Assembly: GCA_964626025.1 (NCBI GenBank)
Contig: CAZVFL010000002.1
Coordinates: 15,439-79,438, forward strand
DNA length: 64,000 bases
DNA from: an uncultured Thalassospiraceae bacterium
Lineage (GTDB): Bacteria > Pseudomonadota > Alphaproteobacteria > Rhodospirillales > Casp-alpha2
Reading direction: 5' to 3'
Positions 27,030 through 36,983 of this stretch are shown here, one piece after another; within the stretch, counting starts at the first letter, position 1, and the number at the start of each line of letters is the position of its first letter. The notes under the pieces were generated by a model that was not told where the DNA came from, ran no database searches, and saw only the letters and a list, made by a program, of their open reading frames with translations. The position numbers and the translations under genes were made by a program.

Positions 27030-29849
27030 ATGAACCACCTGATATCCCAATATCCGGTAACGCGGGATTACCTGAACCGCTTGGTTGAAATAACCGGCGA
27101 CCCCCTGGAGCCGGTCGTTGTTTCGTCAATTACGGCCCACGGAGGCTATCTGGAGATTTTCAGATATTTTCGTAGCCTTAAATCCGAAACCGTTTACCTG
27201 CCGGTCCTCGATCCTTCGGGCCGGCCGTTGTTACCGCCGCTGCAAATCCTGTCGATGCTGGTCCGGACCCGGAAGCGCCTGATCGTGGAGCCAGATTTTT
27301 CCACCCACACCTTCGGATTAACTGAAGTTCTCCTGGGCGCACTCTGGATGGCATATGGCACCGTTGCCGGGCTTCTGACGGTCCTGAACGATTGGCGGCG
27401 TTTGGGCCGGCTCCTTAAAGCCGAGCGAACGGCGCCCCGCGAAACCCGCGACAACCACGTCGTCTATCTCAAAACAAATCTCTGGCTGGGTATCCAGGCG
27501 GGCGGGTCCGTGGCCCATACCAGCGGCGTGGTCAAGGGCCTGCTGGCCAAAGGCCATGAAGTTAAATTCGTTTCCGTGGAGGCGCCGGTCGCCATGCCGG
27601 AAAACAACGCGCTGAAAATCAACCCGATCACTCCTTTTGGCGCATACGTTATCCCGCGCGAGCTCAACCATTACCGCCATAACGGACGATTTATCGACGG
27701 CGCGTCGGGTTTATTCCGTAAATCCAAAGGATTTATCTATCAACGCCTGTCGCTTGGAAATTACGCTGGCGTGATTTTGTCCCGTCGCCATGGGGTGCCG
27801 CTGGTGCTTGAATACAACGGCTCGGAAGATTGGCTGGCCAATAACTGGGGAACGCCCCTGACCCTGAAAAAACTGGTGTTACGGTCCGAGAACGTCTGCT
27901 TGAAGCACGCCCACCTGGTGGTGACGGTATCCGACGTTCTCCGGGACGAACTTATCGAACGGGGCGTTGATCGGAATCGGATTGTCAGCAATCCGAACGG
28001 CGTTGATGCCCATCTCTTCGACCCGGACCGTTTTTCCAAAAAAGCCATTAGCGAACTTCGGGAGGGATACGGAATTCCCAAGGACTCTCTGGTGGTCACC
28101 TTTGTCGGCACGTTCGGTCCCTGGCACGGCGCCGAGGTTTTCGCCCAGGCCGCCGCCGAATTGGCGGAAAACGATTCGGCGCTCCTGGATAAGCACAAGC
28201 TTCATTTCCTGTTCATCGGCGACGGCGTTCGGCGCCCGATGGTCGAGGACATCGTCGCCAGGTCACGCGCGGCCGACCACGTGACCGTCACCGGTTTGAT
28301 CGACCAGGAGCAACCGCCGATTCATCTGGCGATTTCCGACATTCTCGTTTCCCCCCACGTTCCCAACCCCGATGGCTCTCCCTTCTTCGGCTCGCCGACC
28401 AAGTTGTTCGAGTACCTGGCTTCGGGGCGGCCGGTGATCGGCAGCGACTTGGGTCAGATTGCGGAGGTTCTGGAAGATTGCCCCCATGTAACGGATATCC
28501 CCTCCGCCGAAAAGGCCCCGGTATCCAAGGCTTGCGGCATTCGGGTAGGACCGGAAAACGTCTCGGAACTGGTGACAGCCATCAAATTCCTGGCCGAAAA
28601 CCCTGAATGGCGGAAAACAGCCGGCCGTAACGCGCGTGGGCGGGCGCTTGAACGCTATACCTGGGACCATCATGTCGGGGCTGTCCTCGAAGGGTTACGA
28701 AGAGTTCAGGCCCTGGATGCCGTCCCGGCCAAGCCACGCGTCAGGCTGCTTTTCAACGGCCTTCACTCGAAAAGCGGCGGCGGCGTGACGTACTTGAACA
28801 ACATTCTCCCCCATTTTGCTGCCGACCGTGACCTTGATATCCATCTTTGCGTCCATGACGACCAGAGGGAACTCCTGCCCGATACCCTGGACAACATCAC
28901 CGTCCACACCCTGGATTTTCCACAAGGGTTTTGGCGGCTTCAGTTGAGAGAACAGATTGATATTCCGAAACTGGCAAGGAAGATCGGCGCAAACGTCACC
29001 TTCTCGCCAGCCAACTACGGTCCGTTGACGGTCCCCAATTCGGTGATTTTGCTACGAAATGCGCTCAGCGTCGCTTTCGTCGAACGCCGGCCGGTGAAGC
29101 TGGCCTATTGGGCATTGGTTTACCTGGCGACTTTTCTCTCGCTTTTGAGGGCCCGGGGCGCCATCACGGTTTCCGACTATGCCCGGCGGGCGGCGAGTGG
29201 CAGCCTGGCCGGATTTTTCAGGGACCGCCTTACGGTCATCCCCCACGGAGTCTCCGAGATTTTTCTGCCGCCTAAAAAAAGCGCCAAACGCGGGAAATTC
29301 CTGCTGGCCGTTTCCGACCTTTACGTTCAGAAAAACTTTAAAAACCTGATATATGCGGTGGCGCGTATTGCGTCCGATCATCCGGGCGTGACGCTAAAAA
29401 TCGCCGGCCGGCCAATCGACACGGAATATTTTGCAGAGTTAAAGAATTTAGTTTCCAAGGAAGGACTCGACGGCAAGGTCGAATTCCTGGGCCAGATCCA
29501 TCCCCAGGAACTCGTGGCCCTCTATCAACGCTGCGGCGTCTTCGTCTTCCCCTCGACCGTCGAGACCTTCGGCAATCCCCTTGTCGAAGCCATGGCCTGC
29601 GGGGCGCCGATTGCTTGCTCCAATACCGCGGCCATGCCCGAGGTGGTCGGTGACGCGGCGGTGTTTTTTAACCCGCGGGATGTAGAAAACATGGCGTCTG
29701 TGATCGGCCGCTTCTTAAACGATGCCGAATTGTGCCGGGACCTGGGCAAAAAAGCCGTGGTGCGCGCCAGGAATTATTCCTGGGAACAGACCGCCGAAAA
29801 AACACTGGCCGTCATCAAGGACGCCAGCATGGGGACCGGCTTGCCGTGA
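27030..29849 (+). CDS. two-domain GT4 glycosyltransferase (939 aa) with ~150-aa N-terminal extension
   Basis: Two GT-B/GT4 units: ...GSPTKLFEYLASGRPVIGS... and ...FGNPLVEAMACGAPIACS... Confidence 0.85.
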   Translation: MNHLISQYPVTRDYLNRLVEITGDPLEPVVVSSITAHGGYLEIFRYFRSLKSETVYLPVLDPSGRPLLPPLQILSMLVRTRKRLIVEPDFSTHTFGLTEVLLGALWMAYGTVAGLLTVLNDWRRLGRLLKAERTAPRETRDNHVVYLKTNLWLGIQAGGSVAHTSGVVKGLLAKGHEVKFVSVEAPVAMPENNALKINPITPFGAYVIPRELNHYRHNGRFIDGASGLFRKSKGFIYQRLSLGNYAGVILSRRHGVPLVLEYNGSEDWLANNWGTPLTLKKLVLRSENVCLKHAHLVVTVSDVLRDELIERGVDRNRIVSNPNGVDAHLFDPDRFSKKAISELREGYGIPKDSLVVTFVGTFGPWHGAEVFAQAAAELAENDSALLDKHKLHFLFIGDGVRRPMVEDIVARSRAADHVTVTGLIDQEQPPIHLAISDILVSPHVPNPDGSPFFGSPTKLFEYLASGRPVIGSDLGQIAEVLEDCPHVTDIPSAEKAPVSKACGIRVGPENVSELVTAIKFLAENPEWRKTAGRNARGRALERYTWDHHVGAVLEGLRRVQALDAVPAKPRVRLLFNGLHSKSGGGVTYLNNILPHFAADRDLDIHLCVHDDQRELLPDTLDNITVHTLDFPQGFWRLQLREQIDIPKLARKIGANVTFSPANYGPLTVPNSVILLRNALSVAFVERRPVKLAYWALVYLATFLSLLRARGAITVSDYARRAASGSLAGFFRDRLTVIPHGVSEIFLPPKKSAKRGKFLLAVSDLYVQKNFKNLIYAVARIASDHPGVTLKIAGRPIDTEYFAELKNLVSKEGLDGKVEFLGQIHPQELVALYQRCGVFVFPSTVETFGNPLVEAMACGAPIACSNTAAMPEVVGDAAVFFNPRDVENMASVIGRFLNDAELCRDLGKKAVVRARNYSWEQTAEKTLAVIKDASMGTGLP

Positions 29850-31030
29850 CCGCCCTCATCCCCAAACGCCTGATTGTCATGTTCGCCTTTTTGATGCCGG
29901 CGGTTGGCGTGCTGGCGCCGAAAGGAACCGTCATCTTGCTGGTGGTTACGGGGTTGGCTGGCCTTCTTTGGTGGGCGAAAGAGGGATTTCCTGCCCTTCC
30001 GGTAAATTATCGGATCATTGCCGCCCTCGCCGCCCTGGCGCTGTGGGCGGCGATCAGTGCCGCTTGGGCGATTGCGCCGGCCAAGGCTTTGTTGCTGGTC
30101 GTGAAATTGACCGGCCTGGCGGTCGCCGGCATCGGCCTTCTGTTCGCTGTCTCCCGGCTTGATGACGGCCACCGGCGCGATGCCGAAACCGCCCTTCTTT
30201 GGGGCATGGCCCTGGGCCTGGCAGCGCTTGTCGTCGGTTTCGTTTATGCGAAGACGACGGGGCGCCCCCTTTGGAGCGCCTCTCAATCGGATCCCCTGAC
30301 GACGCTGAATAACGGCGCCGTGGCCATAAGCCTCCTAGCCTGGCCTGTGTTGGCCGTTTTGTGGCGCCGCGGCCGAAAACGGCTGGTTGCCGCCGCAGCC
30401 GCGGCCGTCTACCTGGCGTTCATGTTTCTATCCAGCGGCGCCGCCTTGTTGGCGCCGGTGACGGGGCTGGCGGCGTTCCTTGTCGTGTGGACTCTTGGCC
30501 GCCGGGGCGCGCTGATATTTGCAGCCATCATTGCCGCGCTGGTCCTTTTCGCGCCCCAGGTCGTCTCTTCCTTTGTGTCGGGGGACAAAGTCAAGGAAAT
30601 CAGCGCGGAACTTTCTCCGTCGGCGCTCCATCGTCTCGACATGTGGGGATTTACCGCCGAGAAAATCGCAGAAAAGCCATTATGGGGATGGGGCATGGAC
30701 GCTTCACGGTCTATCCCCGGGGGCGGCCGCCACTTGGCCCCCGAGGTGGAAATTCTGCCGCTGCACCCACACAACGCCTTCCTTCAAGTGCGGCTGGAGC
30801 TGGGTATGCCCGGCATTATCATCGTTGCGGCCTTGGCGGGTTTGTTCTTCGCCGCCGTCGTCGGCGGTGCCGGCGATCGTTTCGCCGCCGCGGTCATGGC
30901 CGGGGCGGGGGGGTCTTATTTGACGGTGGCGTCCGTGTCCTATGGAATTTGGCAGAACTGGTGGGTGGCGTTCGCCTGGGCGTTGGCGGCGTTGACCGCG
31001 TTGGCCGTTCGTTCGTCATCCCCGGGGTAG
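29846..31030 (+). CDS. O-antigen ligase/polymerase family (Wzy_C) membrane protein
   Basis: Multiple TM segments and HPHNAFLQVRLELGMPG loop motif; GTG 29846 overlaps the upstream stop (GTGA). Confidence 0.75.
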   Translation: MTALIPKRLIVMFAFLMPAVGVLAPKGTVILLVVTGLAGLLWWAKEGFPALPVNYRIIAALAALALWAAISAAWAIAPAKALLLVVKLTGLAVAGIGLLFAVSRLDDGHRRDAETALLWGMALGLAALVVGFVYAKTTGRPLWSASQSDPLTTLNNGAVAISLLAWPVLAVLWRRGRKRLVAAAAAAVYLAFMFLSSGAALLAPVTGLAAFLVVWTLGRRGALIFAAIIAALVLFAPQVVSSFVSGDKVKEISAELSPSALHRLDMWGFTAEKIAEKPLWGWGMDASRSIPGGGRHLAPEVEILPLHPHNAFLQVRLELGMPGIIIVAALAGLFFAAVVGGAGDRFAAAVMAGAGGSYLTVASVSYGIWQNWWVAFAWALAALTALAVRSSSPG

Positions 31031-31035
31031 GGAAC

Positions 31036-32961
31036 TTAACGCCACCGCTCCTGCCAGGCCTGGAACATCAGCACCGACCATATGCGGGCGTCGGCGGCCG
31101 GCTCGTTCCTGAGGAGCTTACCCCAGGCGCCGCCGACGGCAGCAGGATCGAGAACGCCATCCTCGGAAAGGCGTTTCTCGGTTAACAATTCCTCCGCCCA
31201 GTCCCTGAGCGGGCCGCGAAGCCAATCACCCAAAGGCAGGCTGAAGCCCATTTTCGGGCGCTCGGTCAGTTCCGGCGGCACGTAGCGGGCGAGCACCCGG
31301 CGTAGTAGCCATTTGCCCTTGGCCCCACGAATCCTGAAATCGGCAGGCAGCCGCCAGGCGAACTCGAATATGCGGTGGTCGAGAAGCGGCTCCCGCGCCT
31401 CGAGGCCGAAGGCCATGCTGGCGCGGTCCAGCTTGGCCAGTATGTCGTCGGGAAGGTAGGTGAGGCTGTCCAGATACATCATGCGCTCCCGGATGTCGCC
31501 TTCCGTATTTTCCTCCCATACCGGCGACCCGGCATCCGCGGCGCCGGGAACCAGCGCCTCAGGCGCATCCCAAATGCTGACCAGGCGGCGGAAAAAGGCC
31601 TCGAAATCGCCGCTGGCCAGGTGTTCCGCCAGCCAGCGTATGGTGCGGCCCTTCTGGCCCGGGGTGAAGCGTGCCGGCAATACGGAAAACAGGGCATTCC
31701 ACGCCACCAGAGGCAATCCCCTCATCACCCCCGCCACCGCCGGGCGGAGCGGAGACGGAATTCGTTGCAGCACGGCCCAAATCCGGGGGGCCTGGAGATA
31801 ACGGTCATAGCCGCCGAACAGCTCATCACCGCCGTCGCCCGACAATGACACCGTGACCTCGCGCCTAGCCAGTTGGGACACCAGCGCCGTCGGGATTTGC
31901 GAGGAATCGGCAAACGGCTCGTCGTACATTTCGGCCAGCCGGGGAATGATCTCCCGCGCCTCGCCGGGCCGGACCATGAGCTCCGTGTGGTCGGTGCCCA
32001 GGTGTTCGGCGACCCGCTTGGCGTCCCGGGCCTCGTTGACGGCTTCTTCCTCGAAGCCGATGGTGAACGACTTCACCGGCTGCCCGCTTTCCGCCTGCAT
32101 GGCGGCGACGACCGTGGACGAATCGATGCCGCCGGAAAGAAAGGCGCCCAGCGGCACATCGGCAACCATCCGCATCTTCACCGAGTCGCGGATCAAGCGG
32201 TCAAGCTCGTCCGTGGCCTCTTCGGCGGAGGCGGTGAGGGGATTCGCCTTGCCGGCCTCTCTGACGCCGGCAAGCGACCAATAGGTGGTCGTCTTTTCCT
32301 TCCCGTCGGGGCCGATGGAAACGATGGTGCCCGGCATCAATTTGCCGATTCCCTTGTAGATCGAGAACGGCGCCGGGACATAAGCGAAACGGAAATAGGC
32401 CGCCAGCGCGTTGCGGTCGATTTCAGGGGTCCAATCCGGATGAGCGCGGAGCGCCTTGAGTTCCGAGCCGAAAATCAAAAGGTTCCCCTGCCGGCCCCAA
32501 TAAAGGGGCTTCACGCCGATGCGGTCGCGGACAAGATGGAGCGTCCGTTCCTTCCGGTCCCAGAGCGCGATGGCGAACATGCCGATGAAGCGGCGGACGG
32601 CTTGCTCAAGGCCCCAGGCCTCGATGGCTTCGAGGATGACCTCGGTGTCGGATGATCCCTTGAACCGCGTTCCCGCCGCCGCCAGCTCGTCCCTCAGTTC
32701 GGGGAAGTTGTAAACCTCGCCGTTGAAGACGATGACATGCCGGCCGCTGGCCGAAACCATGGGCTGATGGCCCTGGGCCGAGAGATCGATGATCGAAAGA
32801 CGGCGAAACCCCAGCGCCACGCCCGCCTCGGCGTCCACCCAAACACCGTCGTCGTCCGGACCCCGGTGACGGAGCGTCTCGGCCATCGCCCCGACGCGCC
32901 CGCGAAGAACGTCGGCTGGCGTGCTCCGGGTAAAATCAATAAACCCGGTCAGGCCGCACAT
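31036..32961 (-). CDS. asparagine synthase-family glutamine amidotransferase (second, diverged paralogue)
   Basis: MCGLTG start at 32961, FLSGGIDSS PP-loop. Confidence 0.9.
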   Translation of the reverse strand: MCGLTGFIDFTRSTPADVLRGRVGAMAETLRHRGPDDDGVWVDAEAGVALGFRRLSIIDLSAQGHQPMVSASGRHVIVFNGEVYNFPELRDELAAAGTRFKGSSDTEVILEAIEAWGLEQAVRRFIGMFAIALWDRKERTLHLVRDRIGVKPLYWGRQGNLLIFGSELKALRAHPDWTPEIDRNALAAYFRFAYVPAPFSIYKGIGKLMPGTIVSIGPDGKEKTTTYWSLAGVREAGKANPLTASAEEATDELDRLIRDSVKMRMVADVPLGAFLSGGIDSSTVVAAMQAESGQPVKSFTIGFEEEAVNEARDAKRVAEHLGTDHTELMVRPGEAREIIPRLAEMYDEPFADSSQIPTALVSQLARREVTVSLSGDGGDELFGGYDRYLQAPRIWAVLQRIPSPLRPAVAGVMRGLPLVAWNALFSVLPARFTPGQKGRTIRWLAEHLASGDFEAFFRRLVSIWDAPEALVPGAADAGSPVWEENTEGDIRERMMYLDSLTYLPDDILAKLDRASMAFGLEAREPLLDHRIFEFAWRLPADFRIRGAKGKWLLRRVLARYVPPELTERPKMGFSLPLGDWLRGPLRDWAEELLTEKRLSEDGVLDPAAVGGAWGKLLRNEPAADARIWSVLMFQAWQERWR

Positions 32962-33073
32962 GGCCGTTTCCGATGGGTGTTTTGAGAGGGCCGGTGAACC
33001 ATTGCCTGGGGATAGTATCGTGCCACGGGCTACCGCGTCCACTTGGGCCAGACGGGGGCCGGTGAACGGGGTT

Positions 33074-34396
33074 TTATTCCGCTTCCCCGCCGACGGTCCG
33101 TTCCAGGCGCGGGTAAAAGGCGCCCAGGGTCAAGGCGCGGGTGATCATGAACAGAGAGAACGCCAGCCACAGCCCGTGGGTGCCATAGGCCGGGACCAGC
33201 GGAACCAGAACAATGGCGAAAACGGCCAGCGATGCCGCCATGCCGTTGCGCATTTCGGCGGTCCAGGTCGCGCCGATGAAGATGCCGTCAAGCTGGTAGC
33301 TCCACACCGAGATCAGCGGCAATAATTGGGCCCAGATAAGATATTCGCGGGTTGCCTGGCGGACCTCGGGCACGCCGGTCAGGATATCGACGAAAACCGT
33401 GCCCAGGGCCAGGTAGAAAAAGGTGAAACAGACCGAAAAGACCACCGCCCACAGGCTGGTCGCCTTGACCGCTTTGCGAAACCGGCCGCGGTTGCGGGCA
33501 CCGACGGCTTCTCCGGTCAGCGCCTCGGCGGCGTTGGCGAAACCGTCGAGCGCATACGACGTGAAAAGATGAAAGTTCAACAACACCGCGTTGGCGGCCA
33601 GAACCACGTCGCCAATCCGGGCGCCAATGGCGGCGACGATGACGAAGGCCGTCTGCAGGCACAGCGACCGGATCAGGATATCGCCGTTGACCCGGAACAT
33701 GCGGGCCAACCGTTTGCCGTCGAAGGCCCGTTCCAGGTGCCAATGGCCGCCGACGCGCTTTAGGTTCACCCGGACCAGCCACAGGCCCAGGCCGATGGCG
33801 CTGATCTCGGAAATCAGGGTCGCCCAGGCGACGCCCTCGACACCCCAGCCGAGCCCGAGGACGAACCAGAGATCCAGGGTGATGTTGACGCCGTTCATGA
33901 ATATTTGGGTGGCCAGCGCGGCGCGAGTGTTCTGGATGCCGAAGAACCAGCCCAGCAGGGCGAAATTCAAAAGCGCCATCGGCGCCCCCCAGATGCGGAT
34001 GGAGAAATAAGCGTCGGTCAGGGGCCGGACCTGGGGCCCGGGATCGACGATTCCAAGGGAAGCCCACAGGATGGGCAATTGAATGGCAATCAGGCCGGCG
34101 CCGATCAACAGCGCCAACAGACCCGCCCTGGCCAGCCAGGCGCGTACTTCGTCGGGGTCCCGGGCGCCCAATGACTGCGCCGTCAGGCCCGTGGTGCCCA
34201 TGCGCAGGAAATTAAACCCGTGGTAGATGAAGTTGAAAATGAGCGCACCGACGGCAACCGCACCCAGGTAATGCGGCCCCGGCAGGTGGCCGACGACGGC
34301 GATGTCGACGGCGCCGAGCAACGGCACCGAAACATTGGAGATAATCACCGGCCCGGCCAGCGCCCAGGTCTTGCGGTTCCAGTTTTCGCCCGCCAT
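33074..34396 (-). CDS. MATE family efflux transporter
   Basis: 12-TM profile and N-terminus ...LAGPVIISNVSVPLLGAVDIAVVGHL. Confidence 0.85.
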   Translation of the reverse strand: MAGENWNRKTWALAGPVIISNVSVPLLGAVDIAVVGHLPGPHYLGAVAVGALIFNFIYHGFNFLRMGTTGLTAQSLGARDPDEVRAWLARAGLLALLIGAGLIAIQLPILWASLGIVDPGPQVRPLTDAYFSIRIWGAPMALLNFALLGWFFGIQNTRAALATQIFMNGVNITLDLWFVLGLGWGVEGVAWATLISEISAIGLGLWLVRVNLKRVGGHWHLERAFDGKRLARMFRVNGDILIRSLCLQTAFVIVAAIGARIGDVVLAANAVLLNFHLFTSYALDGFANAAEALTGEAVGARNRGRFRKAVKATSLWAVVFSVCFTFFYLALGTVFVDILTGVPEVRQATREYLIWAQLLPLISVWSYQLDGIFIGATWTAEMRNGMAASLAVFAIVLVPLVPAYGTHGLWLAFSLFMITRALTLGAFYPRLERTVGGEAE

Positions 34397-34533
34397 GTCC
34401 TAATGATCCCTGAATTATTGGCGCCCGTGGGGTCATAGACGGCCCCGACGCCAAAGGCCGCGCACAATGGCACAGCGAATCAGTTGAAAACAGCCCTTTT
34501 GCCGTTTCCGTTGTCGCTTTCGGGGGCGGCGGT

Positions 34534-34944
34534 TTATTTAACGAAGGCCCGGCAATTGACGGCGATAAACGGCTCCTTGCCGGTCGGCCTGGCCCTGATT
34601 TCGATCCCCTGGTCAGGCAAAATAACCCGCCAGACGACATCGGACCGGGCCGGACATTGGGCGCCGATGATTTCAACCGTCTTATCCCGTGGCCCCTGGA
34701 TAAGCGCCTCTGCTTCCGTTCGGGGAAGGCTGAGGTCCACCCAAACCTCGTCGGCGCCGGTGGAAACGCCGGTGATTTTCCAGTTTTCGGGGACCGGGTT
34801 TTCCCGGTAATAGGCCTTCAAATGCTTTTCGGCATCTTTTAAAGCCCGGCTTAGCTGGGGATTTGGCGGCGCCTGGACGTACATAAGCGTGGCCATGATC
34901 AGGACAAAGCCAAGAACCAATAACGGTCGCGGGCGGGGGCGCAT
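34534..34944 (-). CDS. small exported hypothetical protein
   Basis: MRPRPRPLLVLGFVLIMATLMYVQA signal-like N-terminus; internal start chosen in ORF 34534..35382. Confidence 0.5.
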   Translation of the reverse strand: MRPRPRPLLVLGFVLIMATLMYVQAPPNPQLSRALKDAEKHLKAYYRENPVPENWKITGVSTGADEVWVDLSLPRTEAEALIQGPRDKTVEIIGAQCPARSDVVWRVILPDQGIEIRARPTGKEPFIAVNCRAFVK

Positions 34945-35017
34945 GGCTCCACTGTTTCCGGTTTCGACCCTCGAATCAAGTTGACTCCCGGCCCCGGACA
35001 GTGCATATACACTGATT

Positions 35018-35497
35018 ATGGCGAGGAGAACAAAAAATCCATCATCGGCGATGCTCGGCGAAACCGCCGGTTGCGTGTGCCTCAATCTGCGTGGCGCTGC
35101 CCGCGCGGTGACGCAGTTGTATGACGAAATTCTCAAACCCAGCGGCCTCAAGGCAACGCAGTTTTCCGTCCTGGCGGTGATTGCCCAGGTCGGCCCGGCC
35201 AGCATGTCCGTTATTTCCCGGACCCTGGTCATGGACAGGACCACACTCACCCGCAACCTGAAGCCCTTGTTGGAGCGCCGCCTGGTCAAGCTGCGCAAGG
35301 GCGAAGACCGCCGCCAACGGACCATCCAGCTCACCCGGAATGGCAAGACGGCCTTGGCGCGGGCCCTGCCGTTGTGGAACAAGGCCCAAAACCAGGTGGT
35401 GACCGGCCTCGGTCAGGCCCGGTGGCGGGGAATGGCTCAACTGCTTGGGGAAACGGTCCGGCTTTCAAGGGTACAAACCGCCAGGAATCGAGACTGA
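35018..35497 (+). CDS. MarR family transcriptional regulator
   Basis: LKATQFSVLAVIAQVGPASMSVISRTLVMDRTTLTRNLKPL...DRRQRTIQLTRNG winged-HTH pattern. Confidence 0.85.
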   Translation: MARRTKNPSSAMLGETAGCVCLNLRGAARAVTQLYDEILKPSGLKATQFSVLAVIAQVGPASMSVISRTLVMDRTTLTRNLKPLLERRLVKLRKGEDRRQRTIQLTRNGKTALARALPLWNKAQNQVVTGLGQARWRGMAQLLGETVRLSRVQTARNRD

Positions 35498-35573
35498 GCA
35501 AGGCTTTGATAAGGGACATGGCCCCCCGGCCGGGGGTTGTGCTAACATCGGCCATGACTGGTGGGGGGTTGCA

Positions 35574-36983
35574 TTGAAGCGACTCGTCACCGGCTTTTTT
35601 CAACCTAATGCCCGGGTCATTAACCAAGGTGGCGGGAGCGGAAAAATCGTTAAATATTTTATATTGGCGCTTGGTATCCTGCTGTTGCCCTTCTCGGGGG
35701 CGGCCGCCGAAAAATCCATTAAACCCACCTCCATGGTAAGGGGTTATGTCCCTGTTCAGCTGGAGTCGTTCTCCGTTCCCACCATCATCGGCAACAACCT
35801 GCCGGGCCGCGGCCCGATCACCTTGTTCCTGGTCGTCCGCGGCCAATGGAACGTCACCAGGCTTTGCCGTTACCTGCCCCGTGTTCACGAAGCCATAACC
35901 CTTACGGTCGATCAAAACCCGGTGCCCGTCGTCGGCGAGACATATCAGCTCGATGACATCGGCCAACGCCTGCACCGGGCGATCAACAATGCCCTGCCGG
36001 CCCCTCTGGTCATCCGCCTGCACTTATTTCCGGTGGCCCGTGAGGTAGGCCACAAAGCCGTCTATCTGGAATTGCCCGGCACCAATGAAAACTGCATGAG
36101 CCTCCGGGAAATGCCCGCCGATACGATGATTATGCTCAAGGGCGAAAACCCGATCGCCAAGACCTTCCGGATCCCCGATCCCAAAGGCCCGCCCCAACCG
36201 GCGGAAGGCCCTTCCACGGCATCCGCCAAACCGGTCGGGCGCGCCGTCGCCGAACCTCCCATCATCGTCCAGCGGGCGACACCCCAACCGGCCCCCGAGC
36301 CCCGTTCCGAGCCGAACGGCTGCGTAAAATTGGGCGATGTCTGGAAGGATAGCTTCCACAAGGTTTCAGGGGCCAAGTATTGGCTTGATCGTGCTTTTTC
36401 ACTCGATGAAAACAAAGACGGCGCCATTGACAACGTCGTTCTCATCCTCAAGGCCGACAACAGGAAAGATATCTCTGTCTATTACTTTCCCACCAAAGGC
36501 CGGCAAACGGTCAAAACCGTGCCGACGCTCCGGCTCGAAGATGACCGGGTCGTGTTGAGAACCTGTTTTGGACAGGCGCATTTCAAAAAACCGGTGATCA
36601 AGATAAAAGAGCCTCCCAGCGGCTTCAAGGTGGACCTGGCCAAGGAGGTGGCGGACAAGGCCGCCGAAGAGGCAAAGCCCACGCTACCGACGCCGGTGGT
36701 GAGAAAAAAATTCCTGGAAGGCGCCGGTATGGTTTTTGCCATCGTAATGGGGGCGGGCGTTCTGCTGGTCCTGGGTGGCGGCGCCGGTTTCGCCATCGCT
36801 CGCCGCCGCAAAGACCGCCTGCGGAAGGAACGCAGGGGAGGCGAGGAACGCCGGGTCGGAGAACGCCGGCAGCGGGAGAGTTCCTTCGAAGGACCCGATA
36901 AGCGAAAAGACAAGGACCGCCGCGCCGACGCCGACAGGCGTGAGGAACAAGACCGGCGCCAGGATGAAGACCGCCGTACCTGA
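35574..36983 (+). CDS. hypothetical exported, C-terminally membrane-anchored protein with (D/E)RR-rich tail
   Basis: Signal-like KYFILALGILLLPFSGAAA, late TM GMVFAIVMGAGVLLVLGGGAGFAIA, then a charged tail; TTG start is a guess. Confidence 0.5.
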   Translation: MKRLVTGFFQPNARVINQGGGSGKIVKYFILALGILLLPFSGAAAEKSIKPTSMVRGYVPVQLESFSVPTIIGNNLPGRGPITLFLVVRGQWNVTRLCRYLPRVHEAITLTVDQNPVPVVGETYQLDDIGQRLHRAINNALPAPLVIRLHLFPVAREVGHKAVYLELPGTNENCMSLREMPADTMIMLKGENPIAKTFRIPDPKGPPQPAEGPSTASAKPVGRAVAEPPIIVQRATPQPAPEPRSEPNGCVKLGDVWKDSFHKVSGAKYWLDRAFSLDENKDGAIDNVVLILKADNRKDISVYYFPTKGRQTVKTVPTLRLEDDRVVLRTCFGQAHFKKPVIKIKEPPSGFKVDLAKEVADKAAEEAKPTLPTPVVRKKFLEGAGMVFAIVMGAGVLLVLGGGAGFAIARRRKDRLRKERRGGEERRVGERRQRESSFEGPDKRKDKDRRADADRREEQDRRQDEDRRT

